From the NCBI GenBank assembly GCA_951406725.2, contig OX597814.1, forward strand, positions 23,808,001-23,872,000: a stretch of 64,000 bases of DNA, in the 5' to 3' direction. The translations under genes were made by a program, and so were the position numbers. Of the stretch, positions 1 through 11,332 are shown in pieces; positions within the stretch are counted from its first letter, which is position 1, and every line of letters starts with the position of its first letter. The stretch is from Octopus vulgaris. Lineage: Eukaryota. The notes below the pieces were generated by a model. The model searched no databases and was not told where the DNA came from. It was given only the letters and a program-made list of their open reading frames with translations.

Positions 1-213
1 TGAATACCCAAATAACTAAACGAATTTATTAGTGATAGCAAGGTGAAAGAGAAATGGAAAATATACGTAGGGATTCTAGATTGTAATAGGACACTGCATC
101 ATGGAAGGCACTCTGATTTGGGAAATGAAATGTTATGAAAAACTTTTTATACTTATTTAAGCCCTGTCCACATGATCAGGCAGTATCCAATAGATACATG
201 TTAAATGCCTGCT

Positions 214-765
214 AGGAGAGGTGTGGCTTAGTATTTAGGGTGTTGGACTCATGACTGTAAGATTGTGGTTTTGATTCCTGAATCAGGTGACGCATTGTGC
301 TCAGGAGCAAAATACTTCATTTCACATTGCTCCAGCTGGCAAAAATGAGTAATCCTGTGATAGCTCAATGTCCTATCAAGTGAGGAATTTGTATGTGAGG
401 GAAAGTGGAGGCACATGGCCTAGTGGTTAGAGCATTGGACTCGTGGTCGAGGGATCGCAGGTTCGAATCTCAGACCAGGCGATGTGTGTGTTCATGAGCA
501 AAACACCTAAGCTCCATATGGCTCTGACAGAATGTAATGATGAACTTCTGCTGACTCTTTCACCACAACTTTCTCTCACTCTTTCCTCCTGCATCTTGCA
601 GCTCACCTGCGACGGACCAGCGTCCCGTCCAGGTGGGAAACCTATATGTCAAGGAAACTGGGAAACCGGCCCTTATGAGCCAAGCATGGCTCAAGAAGGA
701 ACAAACTATGTGATGGAAACCAGGAAATTGACATGACTTGAGAAGCTAACTTTACCTTTTACCTT
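214..765 (+). mobile_element. Degenerate tRNA-headed SINE, interrupted by a younger SINE at 405-706
   Basis: A-box-like gtggcttagtatttag, then body gagcaaaatacttcatttcacattgctccagctggcaaaaatgagtaa. Colinear with the intact copy at 60188-60448. Confidence 0.75.
405..706 (+). mobile_element. tRNA-derived SINE with 13-bp TSD
   Basis: A box tggcctagtggttaga, B box ggttcgaatctc, tail ...aagaaggaacaaac. TSD tatgtgagggaaa (392-404) / tatgtgatggaaa (707-719). Closely similar copy at 52191-52493. Confidence 0.9.
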
Positions 766-2045
766 TAAATACCTGCTAGCAAACAAAAGTGGTAGAGAAT
801 CAGTAGAGTGCTCATGCCTGTAATTGAGCAAAATCACCAGATAATGGCCACCTACCAGGTGGTTTGCAACCAGGTATTATTGTCATTCTCAAAACTATGC
901 ATGAAGCCATAAAAATTGTACAACACCTACTAATTCTGACTACCTACCAGTACCCAGCTACAACTGCCTCTATTTATTAGTTATTACATCATCATTTTTT
1001 GATAAATAATCTATAAAAGAAGTCTTCTCTTGAAACTCTTACGTAATCATGGGGCTTAATATATCTATGAGTATCCTAATCTGCAGACAACCTTATCAAG
1101 TTAATGACAAATTCCTGAATTTCCCGATATATATCCCAAAGAGAATTAAAATATGAGCAAAGGATCACTTCTATTTTGAGGCTACAGGAATTAAAAGACT
1201 TCACATTAAGAAGTTAAGTTAGGGAAGAAGTGAAAAAACGATCATGAGAAAGTTAGTAAGTGATAGTAGATTTAACACTGTAAACTAGAATTTGTAGAAA
1301 TAATAGTTTATGGGGTTGGATGGGCTGCTGTTTTTGCTTGTAGGGGAGAATGCTGTTTCAGGTGAGATACATAGCTTCAAAAATATATTCCTGCTTTATA
1401 TTATAAAGCCTTTAAAGTATCAAACTCTGGTGATTGATGGGCTGTATAGAATGTGAAAGGAACTGAGGACAAATGGCTCATGAATTAATTACAAAAGTAA
1501 GGTTAACAATGTCTCAAGTATATAAATTGTAAAGAAATGTCTCATGCTTTATCACAAAATTAAGGTAAGGGACGTATCAAGTATACCAATATTTTTTCTG
1601 CCTTGATTGTTCTCTTGCATAACATTTAGTAGTGGCGGTTTTGTAAACTTTTGTATATTGATAACAAGTTCCCAGAACTTGAAGGAATGATCAAAATTGA
1701 AAGCTTAAAGATTAACATGGTGAAGCTCAAGATACTAAATAACTAGAAATAAATAGAAAATACCCATAGGATTCTATATGTGGCTTTGTTGAATACATAG
1801 AAGGGGTGTGTTGATGTAAAACTATTTTGTCCATTCTAAAATGGATAAACAACAGCTATAGTTATGCTGCTAAAATGCATTAAATGAATTGATTTTGTTG
1901 GTAACCAGATATGAAATGAATAATTTGTATTGCTAAAGGGATACTCAGTAACTAATAGTTAAATTAAATTCCATAAAGAAACATAATTATTGATGAAGAT
2001 GGTTATAATGAATGTATACTGCATATGGTGCAAATAAAATTGTTT

Positions 2046-2577
2046 CATCATCATCATCATTGTTTAATGTCTGCCTTCCATACTAGCATGGGTTGGATGG
2101 TTTGACAGGAGTTGACCAAGCAGAAGACTACACCAGACCTCTGTGTCTATTTCAGTATGGTTTTTACTGCTGGATACCCTTCCTAACACCAACCACCCAG
2201 AAGAATGAACTGAGTGTTTTTTATGTGGCACTAGAATAAACAAGGTCAGCTTTGACATGTTTTTTACAGCTGGGTGCCCTCCCAAATTCCAGCCACTTTA
2301 CAGTGTGAACTGGATGCTTTTTGTGTGACATCAGCACTGGCGGAGTTACCAAGTAACTTGCAAGACAAAACCTTTGAATGGGGAGGGGGCATTGGAGGAG
2401 GTAATCTTATATCAGATGATGAAAGGTTAGAATGTGACAGAAAGACAGAAACAGGTGTCTTGCTGTAGAGAAGGTACATGGTTATCCAACAGAGAGAGAG
2501 AGAGATAGTGATCAGGAATGAGGACAGAATCAGGTGTGCTGCTGTAAAGGGGATAACTGATTACTCAACCAGAAGGA

Positions 2578-2609
<32 letters not shown>

Positions 2610-2760
2610 TGAAAAACAGCAAGAGTATAACAGAGACCAAGAAAGAGATGGTTGTGAAGTGCCAGGGCATACCTTCAAGTTATGGAGGTCATAATATAAG
2701 TAGGGATTAGGGATGTTGAATGCAGTGATAGTGAGAACCTGGGTATATAGAGGGTATATA
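2046..2760 (-). mobile_element. RTE-type 3' UTR/tail fragment ending in (GAT)n
   Basis: Reverse complement of the ccaacccatgctagcatggaa...gttaaa(tga)n tail shared with the LINE at 7440-7615. The upstream part matches 48240-48875. Confidence 0.7.
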
Positions 2761-2839
2761 GAGGTATCAGGGGACTATTTAACAGATATTTCCTCTGTTG
2801 GCAACCTATGATTCCTCTGACTTTATAAAAGGCAGCCTA

Positions 2840-3214
2840 GTGGAGGCGCAATGGCCCAGTGGTTAGAGCAGCGGACTCGCGGTTTTGATTCCCAGACCAG
2901 GCGTTGTGAGTGTTTATTGAGCGAAAACACCTAAAAAGCTCCACGAGGCTCCGGCAGGGGATGGTGGTGATCCCTGCTGTACTCTTTCACCACAACTTTC
3001 TCTCACTCTTACTTCCTGTTTCTGTTGTACCTGTATTTCAAGGGGCCGGCCTTGTCACTCTCTGTGTCATGCTGAATATCCCCGAGAACTACGTTAAGGG
3101 TGCACGTGTCTGTGGAGTGCTCAGCCACTTACACGTTAATTTCACGAGCAGGCTGTTCCGTTGATTCGGATCGACCGGAACCCTCATCATCGTAACCGAC
3201 GGAGTGCTTCCAAT
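2840..3214 (+). mobile_element. tRNA-derived SINE, different tail subfamily, 10-bp TSD
   Basis: Head gtggaggcgcaatggcccagtggttagagc, like the 405 family. Exact TSD aggcagccta at 2830-2839 and 3215-3224. Confidence 0.9.
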
Positions 3215-3627
3215 AGGCAGCCTATACTAGGCATGCAAGCAAAGTGTGGTGCTGTAAAGCCATGGGGCATAATGTTGATAAAATGGTAAGTAGTGACTGC
3301 AGAAGAATATGTAACCCATTAGTGAAAATTTCTATCGACATAACTGCTACTGAATATCAGAGGTGTTGAGCAAGGCATTTAAGAGTGACACCTATATACT
3401 GGTTTGAATATGGAATAAAAAGTGATAAAGAATGCACTCAATTGTGTGGAAAAGTGGACTAAACAGAACAGGAGAAGACACTTGAGATGGAAGAGTCACT
3501 GAAAAGGTCACAGATGTGTGACGAAAGATTTCCAGGCAATAGACATAAGATACAATAAGAACAATAATAAACAAGAGAAGAATAAATATATAATGCATGT
3601 GTTTATTTGGCAAAAAAAAGTGACCAT

Positions 3628-4056
3628 AGGTGCAGGAGTGGCTGTGTGGTAAGTAGCTTGCTAATCAACCACATGGTTCCGGGTTCAGTCCCACTGCGTG
3701 GCATCTTGGACAAATGTCTTCTGCTATAGCCCCGGGCCAACCAATACCTTGTGAGTGGATATGGTAGACGGAAACTGAAAGAAGCCTGTCGTATATATGT
3801 ATATATATATGTATATGTATGTGTGTGTATGTGTTTGTGTGTCTGTGCTTGTCTCCCTAGCATTGCTTGACAACCGATGCTGGTGTGTTTATGTCCCCAT
3901 CACTTAGTGGTTCGGCAAAAGAGACCGATAGAATAAGTCCTCGGCTTACAAAGAATAAGTCCCGGGGTCGATTTGATCGACTAAAGGCGGTGCTCCAGCA
4001 TGGCCGCAGTCAAATGACTGAAACAAGTAAAAGAGTAAAAGAGAGTAAAAGAGTAT
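3628..4056 (+). mobile_element. tRNA-headed SINE with internal (TA)/(TG) microsatellite and (AAAGAGT)n tail
   Basis: Head gagtggctgtgtggtaagtagc...ccgggttcagtccc. Full copies at 13305-13770 and 23827-24219. Partial copies near 14.9, 16.7, 18.4, 39.8, 45.2 and 46.1 kb. Confidence 0.9.
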
Positions 4057-4229
4057 ACCAAAATACAACAATATTTCTCTTTGCTCTTTTCTTTTAACAA
4101 CCGCTTTCCAAGCTGGTATGTGTTGGATAGTTTGACATGGAACCGGCTAGCAGGGAGCTGTCCAGATACATTTGACAAAATGCCGAACTACAAACATGGA
4201 TGCCACAGGAATAACACGAATAATAATAA

Positions 4230-7200
4230 AAACATAGGTATAAAGTCTTCTGGCAAGGTAACATGGATGGGGTAGGGGGTGTAGGCATTCTCCTTGCGGA
4301 GAAATGGGTGGATAAGGTCATAGAGGTTGTCAGGGTTTGCGATAGAGTGCTTAAGCTCAGGTTAGTCCTACAGAGTGGCACAGCTACGATTATCTCCGCC
4401 TATGCCCCACATGTGGGACTACCAAATGATCAGAAGGACCACTTTTATGATACCCTTCTACAGGCTACCCCAAAGACTAGTGGCAAGGACCTCATCTTTG
4501 TGGGTGGAGACTTTAATGGGCATGTTGGGCGGGAATCGGGTATCTTCACTGGGGTACACGGTGGCCATGGTATTGGCACCAGAAATGATGAGGGAACTAG
4601 ACTTTTAATCTGCAACACTAACTTCAGGAAGCCTGACTGCCACCTTATAACTTATCAGTCAGGAGACTCCGCTAGCCAAATAGACTTCATCCTCACCAGA
4701 CAGCGGGATGCAGGGTCGCTCTTAAATACAAAGACCCTCCCGGGTGAAGAATGTATCCCTCAGCATAGGCTAATCATTAGTGACTTTAGGCTTGAGGCCA
4801 GAAGGACTCCAAGAAACAGACCAATCCAGAAAAGAAGGATTTGGAAGCTAAAGAACCCTTCACATGGTCAGAGATTTAGGGACATCCTCATCAAGAAATT
4901 TGATGAGAGAGAGGAGGAGCTACAGACGTTGGACAAAGAAGGTAGCTGGAAATTCCTACCGGACTGCTTGCTGAGTGCCACAGACCAAGTCTGTGGATGG
5001 TGCAAAGTCCCTTCCAGACCTAGAGTTACGTGGTGGTGGAATAGTGCAGTAGACAAAGCCATTAGTGCAAAGAAACAGGCCTGGAGAGCCTGGAGGGATG
5101 GGGTAGCAGGGAACTGTACCAAGTAGCCAAAAGGGAGGCTGGGCGGCAGGTATACATAGCCAAAGATATAGCAGAAAAGAAGAAGTTTGCCAATGTCCAG
5201 CGACGTGAGGACCAAAGAACTGAGGTATTTCGGATTGCTAGACAGTGTGTGAGAGAAAATAGTGAGGTTACAGGAGAGAAATGTGTCCGCATGGATGATG
5301 GGGCACTTGCTTTTAATGTTGGTGAAAAGAAAGAGGCTTGGAGAAGCCATTATGAAAGACTGCTGAATGTGGAGAATGAATGGGAGGAGGAGAGCCTGAC
5401 AAATGTTGACCCAGTAGAGGGACCAGCTATCCAAATAGAGAGCTCCCTTGTAGTTAAGGCAATTAAGGGTATGAAACCAGGTAAAGCCCCCGGCCCATCA
5501 GGTATCACTGCTGAGATGCTTAAAACAGCTGGTTATGTGGGCTATGGCCTAGTCACCCGTATTGTAAACCAGGTAGTTCATAATGGAGTCATACCCAATG
5601 ACTGGCGTAGCAGCACCATAGTCAACTGCTACAAGGGTAAGGGTGATGCTCTAGATAGAAATAACTACAGGGGTATTAAACTGTTGGATCAGGTGATGAA
5701 GGTCACAGAGAGGGTCATAACCCATCTCATTAGGGAGAGAATTTGCTTAGATGAGATGCAGGTCGGTTTTGTGCTGGGTAGAAGCACCACTGATGCTATA
5801 TTCCTGGTCCGACAAATGCAGGAGAAGTACCTAGCTAAAGATAAACCCCTCTACATAGCTTTTGTGGACTTGGAGAAAGCCTTTGACAGGGTCCCCCGAT
5901 CCCTTATCTGGTGGTCGATGCGGAAACTGGAGATTGCCGAATGGCTAATAAGGGCTGTACAGGCCCTATACAGAGAGGCTGTCAGCAAGGTTAGGATTGG
6001 CAACGAATATAGTGAAGAATTCCGGGTAGAAGTAGGTGTACACCAAGGCTCAGCCCTCAGTCCCCTTTTATTCATCATAGTCCTCCAGGCAATAACAGAG
6101 GAATTCAAAACAGGTTGCCCCTGGGAGCTCCTCTATGCTGATGACCTGGCTCTCATAGCAGAATCACTACCGGAACTAGAAAAGAAATTTCGGGTGTGGA
6201 AACAAGGGTTAGAATCAAAGGGCCTTAGAGTAAATGTAGCAAAGACCAAAGTTATAGTAAGCAGAAAGGCGAACTCAGCACACACCCCATTGGGCAGGTG
6301 GCCCTGCTCGATCTGTAGGAAAGGTGTAGGTAGAAACTCCATAAGATGCACCCAGTGTAAGCTATGGACACATAAGAGGTGCAGCAACATCAAAGGGAAA
6401 TTAACTGATAAGATAGCTTTCATGTGCGGCAGATGCACAGGGACAATAGACACCACAAATACTCAGAAAACAGATTCCATCACACTCCAGGGGGAGAAAC
6501 TAGAAGTAGTTGATAGTTTCCACTACCTGGGTGACCAAGTTAGTAGTGGAGGTGGATGCTCAGAGAGTGTCACCACTAGAATACGAATAACCTGGGCAAA
6601 GTTTAGAAAGCTCCTACCCCTACTGGCAACAAAGCGTCTCTCACGTGAAAGGTAGATTGTATGATGCATGTGTGCGAACTGCCATGCTTCACGGTAGTGA
6701 AACATGGGCCGTGACTGCAGAGGACATGCATAGACTTAAAAGAAATGAAGCTAGCATGATCCGCTGGATGTGTAATGTCAGTGTGCATGCACGACAGAGT
6801 GTAAGCACCCTGAGAGAAATGCTGGACATAAGAAGCATCAGATGCGGTGTGCAAGAGCGACGCTTGCGATGGTATGGTCATGTACTGCAGATGGATGAGG
6901 AGAGATGTGTGAAGAAGTGCTGCTCCCAAACAGTTGAAGGAATCAGGGGAGAGGTAGACCCAGGAAGACATGGGATGAGGTAGTCAAGCATGACCTCAGA
7001 GCGTTGGGCCTCACTGAGGCAATGGCGAAGGACCGAGATCTCTGGAGATGTGCTGTGACTGCAAAGACCCGGGCTGCTTCCGGCACCAGTTCCACATAGC
7101 CCCTGCCCATTCAAAATACCTTGGATCCCAGAACATCCTGCTGTGCTTGAGTGGACCTGTTGAGTCAAGTACATGAACATCGAAATAAATATCAATGGAA

Positions 7201-7615
7201 ATAGTAGTTGTAATACCTGTGCCGGTGGCACATAAAAAGCACCATCCGAACGTGGCCGATGCCAGCGCCGCCTTGGCTGGCTTCTGTGCCGGTGGCACAT
7301 AAAAAGCACCATCCGAATGTGGCCGATGCCAGCACCGCCTTGGCTGGCTTTCGTGCCGGTGGCACGTTAAAAGCACCAACCGATCGTGGCCGATGCCAGA
7401 CACCCCAGGCACCTGTGCCGGTGGCACGTAAAAAGCACCCACTACACTCGCGGAGTGGTTGGTGATAGGAAGGGCATCCAGCTGTAGAAACACTGCCAGA
7501 TCAAACTGGAGCCTGGTGCAGCCTCTGGCTTCCCAGACCCCGGTCGAACTTTCCAACCCGTGCTAGCACGGAAAACAGACGTTAAACGATGATGATGATG
7601 ATAATGATGATGATT
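4230..7615 (+). mobile_element. RTE-clade LINE, 5'-truncated and frameshifted (APE endonuclease + RT + PHD-like insert)
   Basis: APE motifs YKVFWQG, GVGILL, SAYAP, GDFNGHVG, SQIDFIL, QHRL (ORF 4263-5126). RT motifs KAPGPSGI, NYRGIKLL, FVDLEKAFDRV, GVHQGSALSPLLF, YADD at 6134-6145 (ORF 5249-6655). C-terminal HGSETW, RRLRWYGHV, GRPRKTW. Frameshifts near 5100, 6645 and 6950; stop near 7099; (GAT)n tail. Confidence 0.95.
7219..7440 (+). repeat. Tandem 62-67 bp units in the LINE 3' UTR, each with a GTGCC-GGT-GGCAC hairpin
   Basis: gtgccggtggcac starts at 7219, 7286, 7353 and 7415, each followed by an A-run and gcacc. Confidence 0.9.
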
Positions 7616-10311
7616 ATAATCATACTGATGATGAGGAGGATTATTGTGAGATATTTATGAATTGCATGTTTTTTCTAGTCCGTACCAGTATAGAAAAGCA
7701 GCTGTAAAATAATGATGATGATGATGATGATGATAAAAATAATGATGATGATTAATCTACAAAATGGCAATGTCATCAAATGTTGGCATAATTAAAAATA
7801 TATAAATGGATATTCTATCATTAAAAAAAAAAGTGTAAATTGAGGCAAAGAAAACTTTCCACTTATTTTACTTGATATAATATCATTAAGAATAAGTTTC
7901 ATAATGAGAAGAAAATTTATTGAAATGAATAGAAACATTTTAATTGAATATTTTGTGAATGCCTTCTTATTTTATATTAAATTACCAAAATTGCAAATGT
8001 GTTATCAGTTGATATTACTCTGTTACACCATAGACATTAATTTGAGCTGAAATGTGCAACGCCTTCCCAATTCCTAAAAGCTAGTTGCAATAGCAGAAGC
8101 TGAGATGTAATTAAAATATAAACCATAACAAAGCAATTTATTAGATAAAAAAAAAAAACATTATGAAAACAGTTAAAAGCATCTTTCCATAATCAGAAGA
8201 ATGTTGAATATGTTTAAGGAAGGATAAGCATTTATGTCTGAGCAGTATAACTTTGTAGACTGTCTAACCTGAATGAAAAGGTTCTTGTTTGGCTTAAAGA
8301 TAAAACCTGACCCCTATGGTTCTATGAGTGATTTGTTTAGCATCCTCAGCATTTAATTACAACAATCATCTCTGATTCTTCTAAACAACTTAAATATTGT
8401 GTTAAGAGTATTGAAAGATCAAAGATCAGACTTAAATGTCTCATGAAAATCCAAATACCTAACAGCAGAAAACGTCTCAGACAGCACTGTATTTACAGTA
8501 GCTTATAAACAGTCAGCAGAATTCATAGTAATCTAGCAGAAACTATTTGAAACCATTGACAAGTTTACTTGATATTTGTCTTTTATTATTTTGCTGCCAT
8601 TCTAAAGAGGATAGTTTAAAATACAAAAACACAGAACTACAGTTAAAAAAAAATTACGAAAACAACAAAAAAATCTATATTTTTCAAAAAGCTTAATGGA
8701 TATTTGAACAGATAATTTTCTTTGACATCTTCAACATTTTAAAAAATGTGTTATGAGTATCTTGACAACCAAAAGAAAAAGTAATGCTATCAATAAAAAT
8801 ATTAGTTTTTTTATTTCACACAAGTGTTTATTTTTATAAAATAATCCACTAAATTATATTCGAATATATATAGGTCAAATCTAATAACCTATACTTGTAA
8901 CAAATTTCTAGCTAGAAAAATATTATAAAGTGTGAAGAATGCAACAATATAATCAAATATAAACAATTATAATTAATACAGAGATGTGCTAACAAAATAA
9001 AATATCAAAATTTATGACACTCATCCCCACAACAAAAAACACAAGAAACTTCTACATTTTTGCTTGACTTTATAGGAAAAGCTACCAAATCTTCCTGAAA
9101 TCACACCTCTAAATAAAGAACAGACACATTAGATAATGCAATGTTGCATTCCCCATAAAAGGATGGAATGTCCATGAATGGAATGCCAGTGATTATATAC
9201 TTGCTTTATCAGGGCTGACTTCAGCAAAACAGTAACTGGTAATGAGGCACCTTCTACATAGCCATTCAATCTACAAAAAAATAGCAAATAAATTTCTCTC
9301 AAATCACACCTTATAACCTTAAAATAAAAGATAATTGTCTGGATAATATAATCAGTAGATAAAAAATGAAAAAATGGGATCATAAGTTTATTATTTAGAA
9401 CTGAATTGGTGGGGCAGATTACAACAACAACACGTAGTAATGGATCAGATGAGAGTCTCTAAGGCAAAAGTTTCTACAACTGGATGCTCTTCCTGCTACC
9501 AATCCAAAGCCGTTTTTAAGCAAGGCAACATTTCTTTTCATCATTTAAACTTGATCAGATAAGCACACACACACACACACGTCAAGTATGTTTGACTTTT
9601 GAAAATGAGAGAAAAGAAAACTAAATCATATATGCTAGACACCTCGTAGTGTTTTTCCTCAGACATTCTTTACTCTATTCTTTTCTAGCTTTCTTCTTAT
9701 CATTCACCCACGATATTTTACATTTACTTTTCCTTCCTATATACATCTTCCCCCTTTCCAGCCCTATTTTTTCTTTACTTTTAACTGGAAGTTAACATCA
9801 CATAATCGTGTTTAGCTAATTTGATTCACCTCAGATTCAAACAATCTATATTTTCTAAAGTAAAGGAGAATTAACTCACACCTGCTGGGCATGTTAATCA
9901 TATTCATGGAAGCAGATGTTTGAAAAAATCGTTCCAAATATTTTTCGTTTACTTTATACCATACGGAGCAAGACTACACAACCAATGATAGCCCATGTTA
10001 TCAGTTAAGTAATATAGCTTTATGTGATAGTTGCACTGGGTTGCTGATTTTGGTATAGTGATATATATATATATATATATACTAACAATATAGAATGAAG
10101 TCCCTTTCTCTACAGAAAAGGAATCCATCAGGAAGCGTGGGCAGTATATTAAAAAACCGTTACGGTTGAAGTATAAACATCATATAATTAAGGGCTAAAG
10201 AGGGTTATTCTAAAGCCAATACACTGATTTATCCACTTATAATCCGCTTGCTACAGGAGAATTGAAACTGAAAACGGGCAACTAACCTTTAGAAAATTTA
10301 AATTTCGTTAT

Positions 10312-10372
10312 CTCTATATTGAATCAATTTCGGAATTAATCTTATAAAAGATATATTCTTTCTTCAGTAGAG
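10312..10372 (-). ncRNA. Minimal type I hammerhead ribozyme (mirror copy in the left arm)
   Basis: Reverse complement of 10732-10792. Confidence 0.75.
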
Positions 10373-10731
10373 CTTTCGATGGGATATAAATAAAATACTC
10401 ACGTATGATCATGGAAAAAGCACAAGCTAAAAACATAACTACACTTGAGTACATCACTTATATCTAAAAATAAAAATTCTTTGGTCAGCCTCAGAAACAA
10501 CGTCTTGACAGGGACTTCATCCTATATTGTTAGTAGTAAACTCGCTGCGTGCTACGGGAGGACCGGTAACCATTACAATTTGTAGCGGCGAAAGGTCAAG
10601 ACGTTGTTTCTGAAGCTGACCAAAGAATTTTTATTTTTAGATATAAGTGATGTACTCAAGTGTAGTTATGTTTTTAGCTTGTGCTTTTTCCATGATCATA
10701 CGTGAGTATTTTATTTATATCCCATCGAAAG

Positions 10732-10792
10732 CTCTACTGAAGAAAGAATATATCTTTTATAAGATTAATTCCGAAATTGATTCAATATAGAG
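10732..10792 (+). ncRNA. Minimal type I hammerhead ribozyme
   Basis: Stem I ctcta/tagag. Core CTGAAGA at 10737-10743. Stem II gaat..atctt-ttat-aagat..attc. GAAA at 10773-10776. Stem III ttga-t-tcaa. AUA cleavage triplet ending at 10787. Confidence 0.75.
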
Positions 10793-10921
10793 ATAACGAA
10801 ATTTAAATTTTCTAAAGGTTAGTTGCCCGTTTTCAGTTTCAATTCTCCTGTAGCAAGCGGATTATAAGTGGATAAATCAGTGTATTGGCTTTAGAATAAC
10901 CCTCTTTAGCCCTTAATTATA

Positions 10922-10958
<37 letters not shown>

Positions 10959-11044
10959 ACCCCTCTGCGACAAGATCTCAGAATTTTAATTGATTTGCTT
11001 TTCGCAGGAAGGAATTTTTCATTCGAAGTATACGTCTCGCTTTT

Positions 11045-11094
11045 ATCCTTTGAAACGTTTAGTAGATGAAACTTTAGCGACTGAAGAAGGGGAT
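11045..11094 (+). ncRNA. Possible permuted (type II-like) hammerhead in a (TA)n-flanked module (10956-11283)
   Basis: atccttt-GAAA-CG-TT-(imperfect stem I)-CTGAAGA-aggggat. Outer segments pair as stem II; stem I is poorly paired. Confidence 0.4.
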
Positions 11095-11283
11095 TTTTCG
11101 TTGTGCTTATTGTCCTGTATCTCCTTTTTTTGCTTGTCTTGTTCCTTGGTTTGTGTCTATGTTTTTCGTCTCTCTATGTGTTCGACGTCCTTTTGGTGTC
11201 CTGTACACATATATGCGTGTATATGTACATGTAGAGGTAGGTACGTACATATATGTTTATATATATGCATATATTTTATTAAC

Positions 11284-11314
<31 letters not shown>

Positions 11315-11332
11315 GAACTCACAAAGGAAGTC

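Larger units (their letters stand above)
10179..10925. repeat. Near-perfect 331-bp inverted repeat (10179-10509 / 10595-10925) with an 85-bp spacer, within (TA)n
   Basis: Arms read by eye as reverse complements. One mismatch seen (gtcagcctcag vs ctgaagctgac). Confidence 0.95.

Noticed and set aside
405-480. tRNA genes at SINE heads (also 2840, 37921, 52191, 60188)
   Set aside because: A and B boxes are present, but there is no complete cloverleaf or T-run terminator, and each continues into a repeat body.
443-736. 97-aa ORF with a near-duplicate at 52228-52509
   Set aside because: Both are chance frames through copies of the same SINE.
7219-7440. CRISPR-like appearance of the regularly spaced hairpin repeats
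   Set aside because: The intervening sequences are also repeated rather than unique spacers. The array lies in a LINE 3' UTR, the context is eukaryotic and there are no cas genes.
4868-7556. Antisense ORFs of up to 188 aa over the LINE
   Set aside because: These are shadow frames of coding sequence and tandem repeats, with no recognisable domains.
10081-10925. Interpretation as a DIRS-type ITR/ICR element or a simple MITE
   Set aside because: The internal junction is not the end-to-start circle junction expected for a DIRS ICR. The arms are not terminal on the left side, and they contain a hammerhead.
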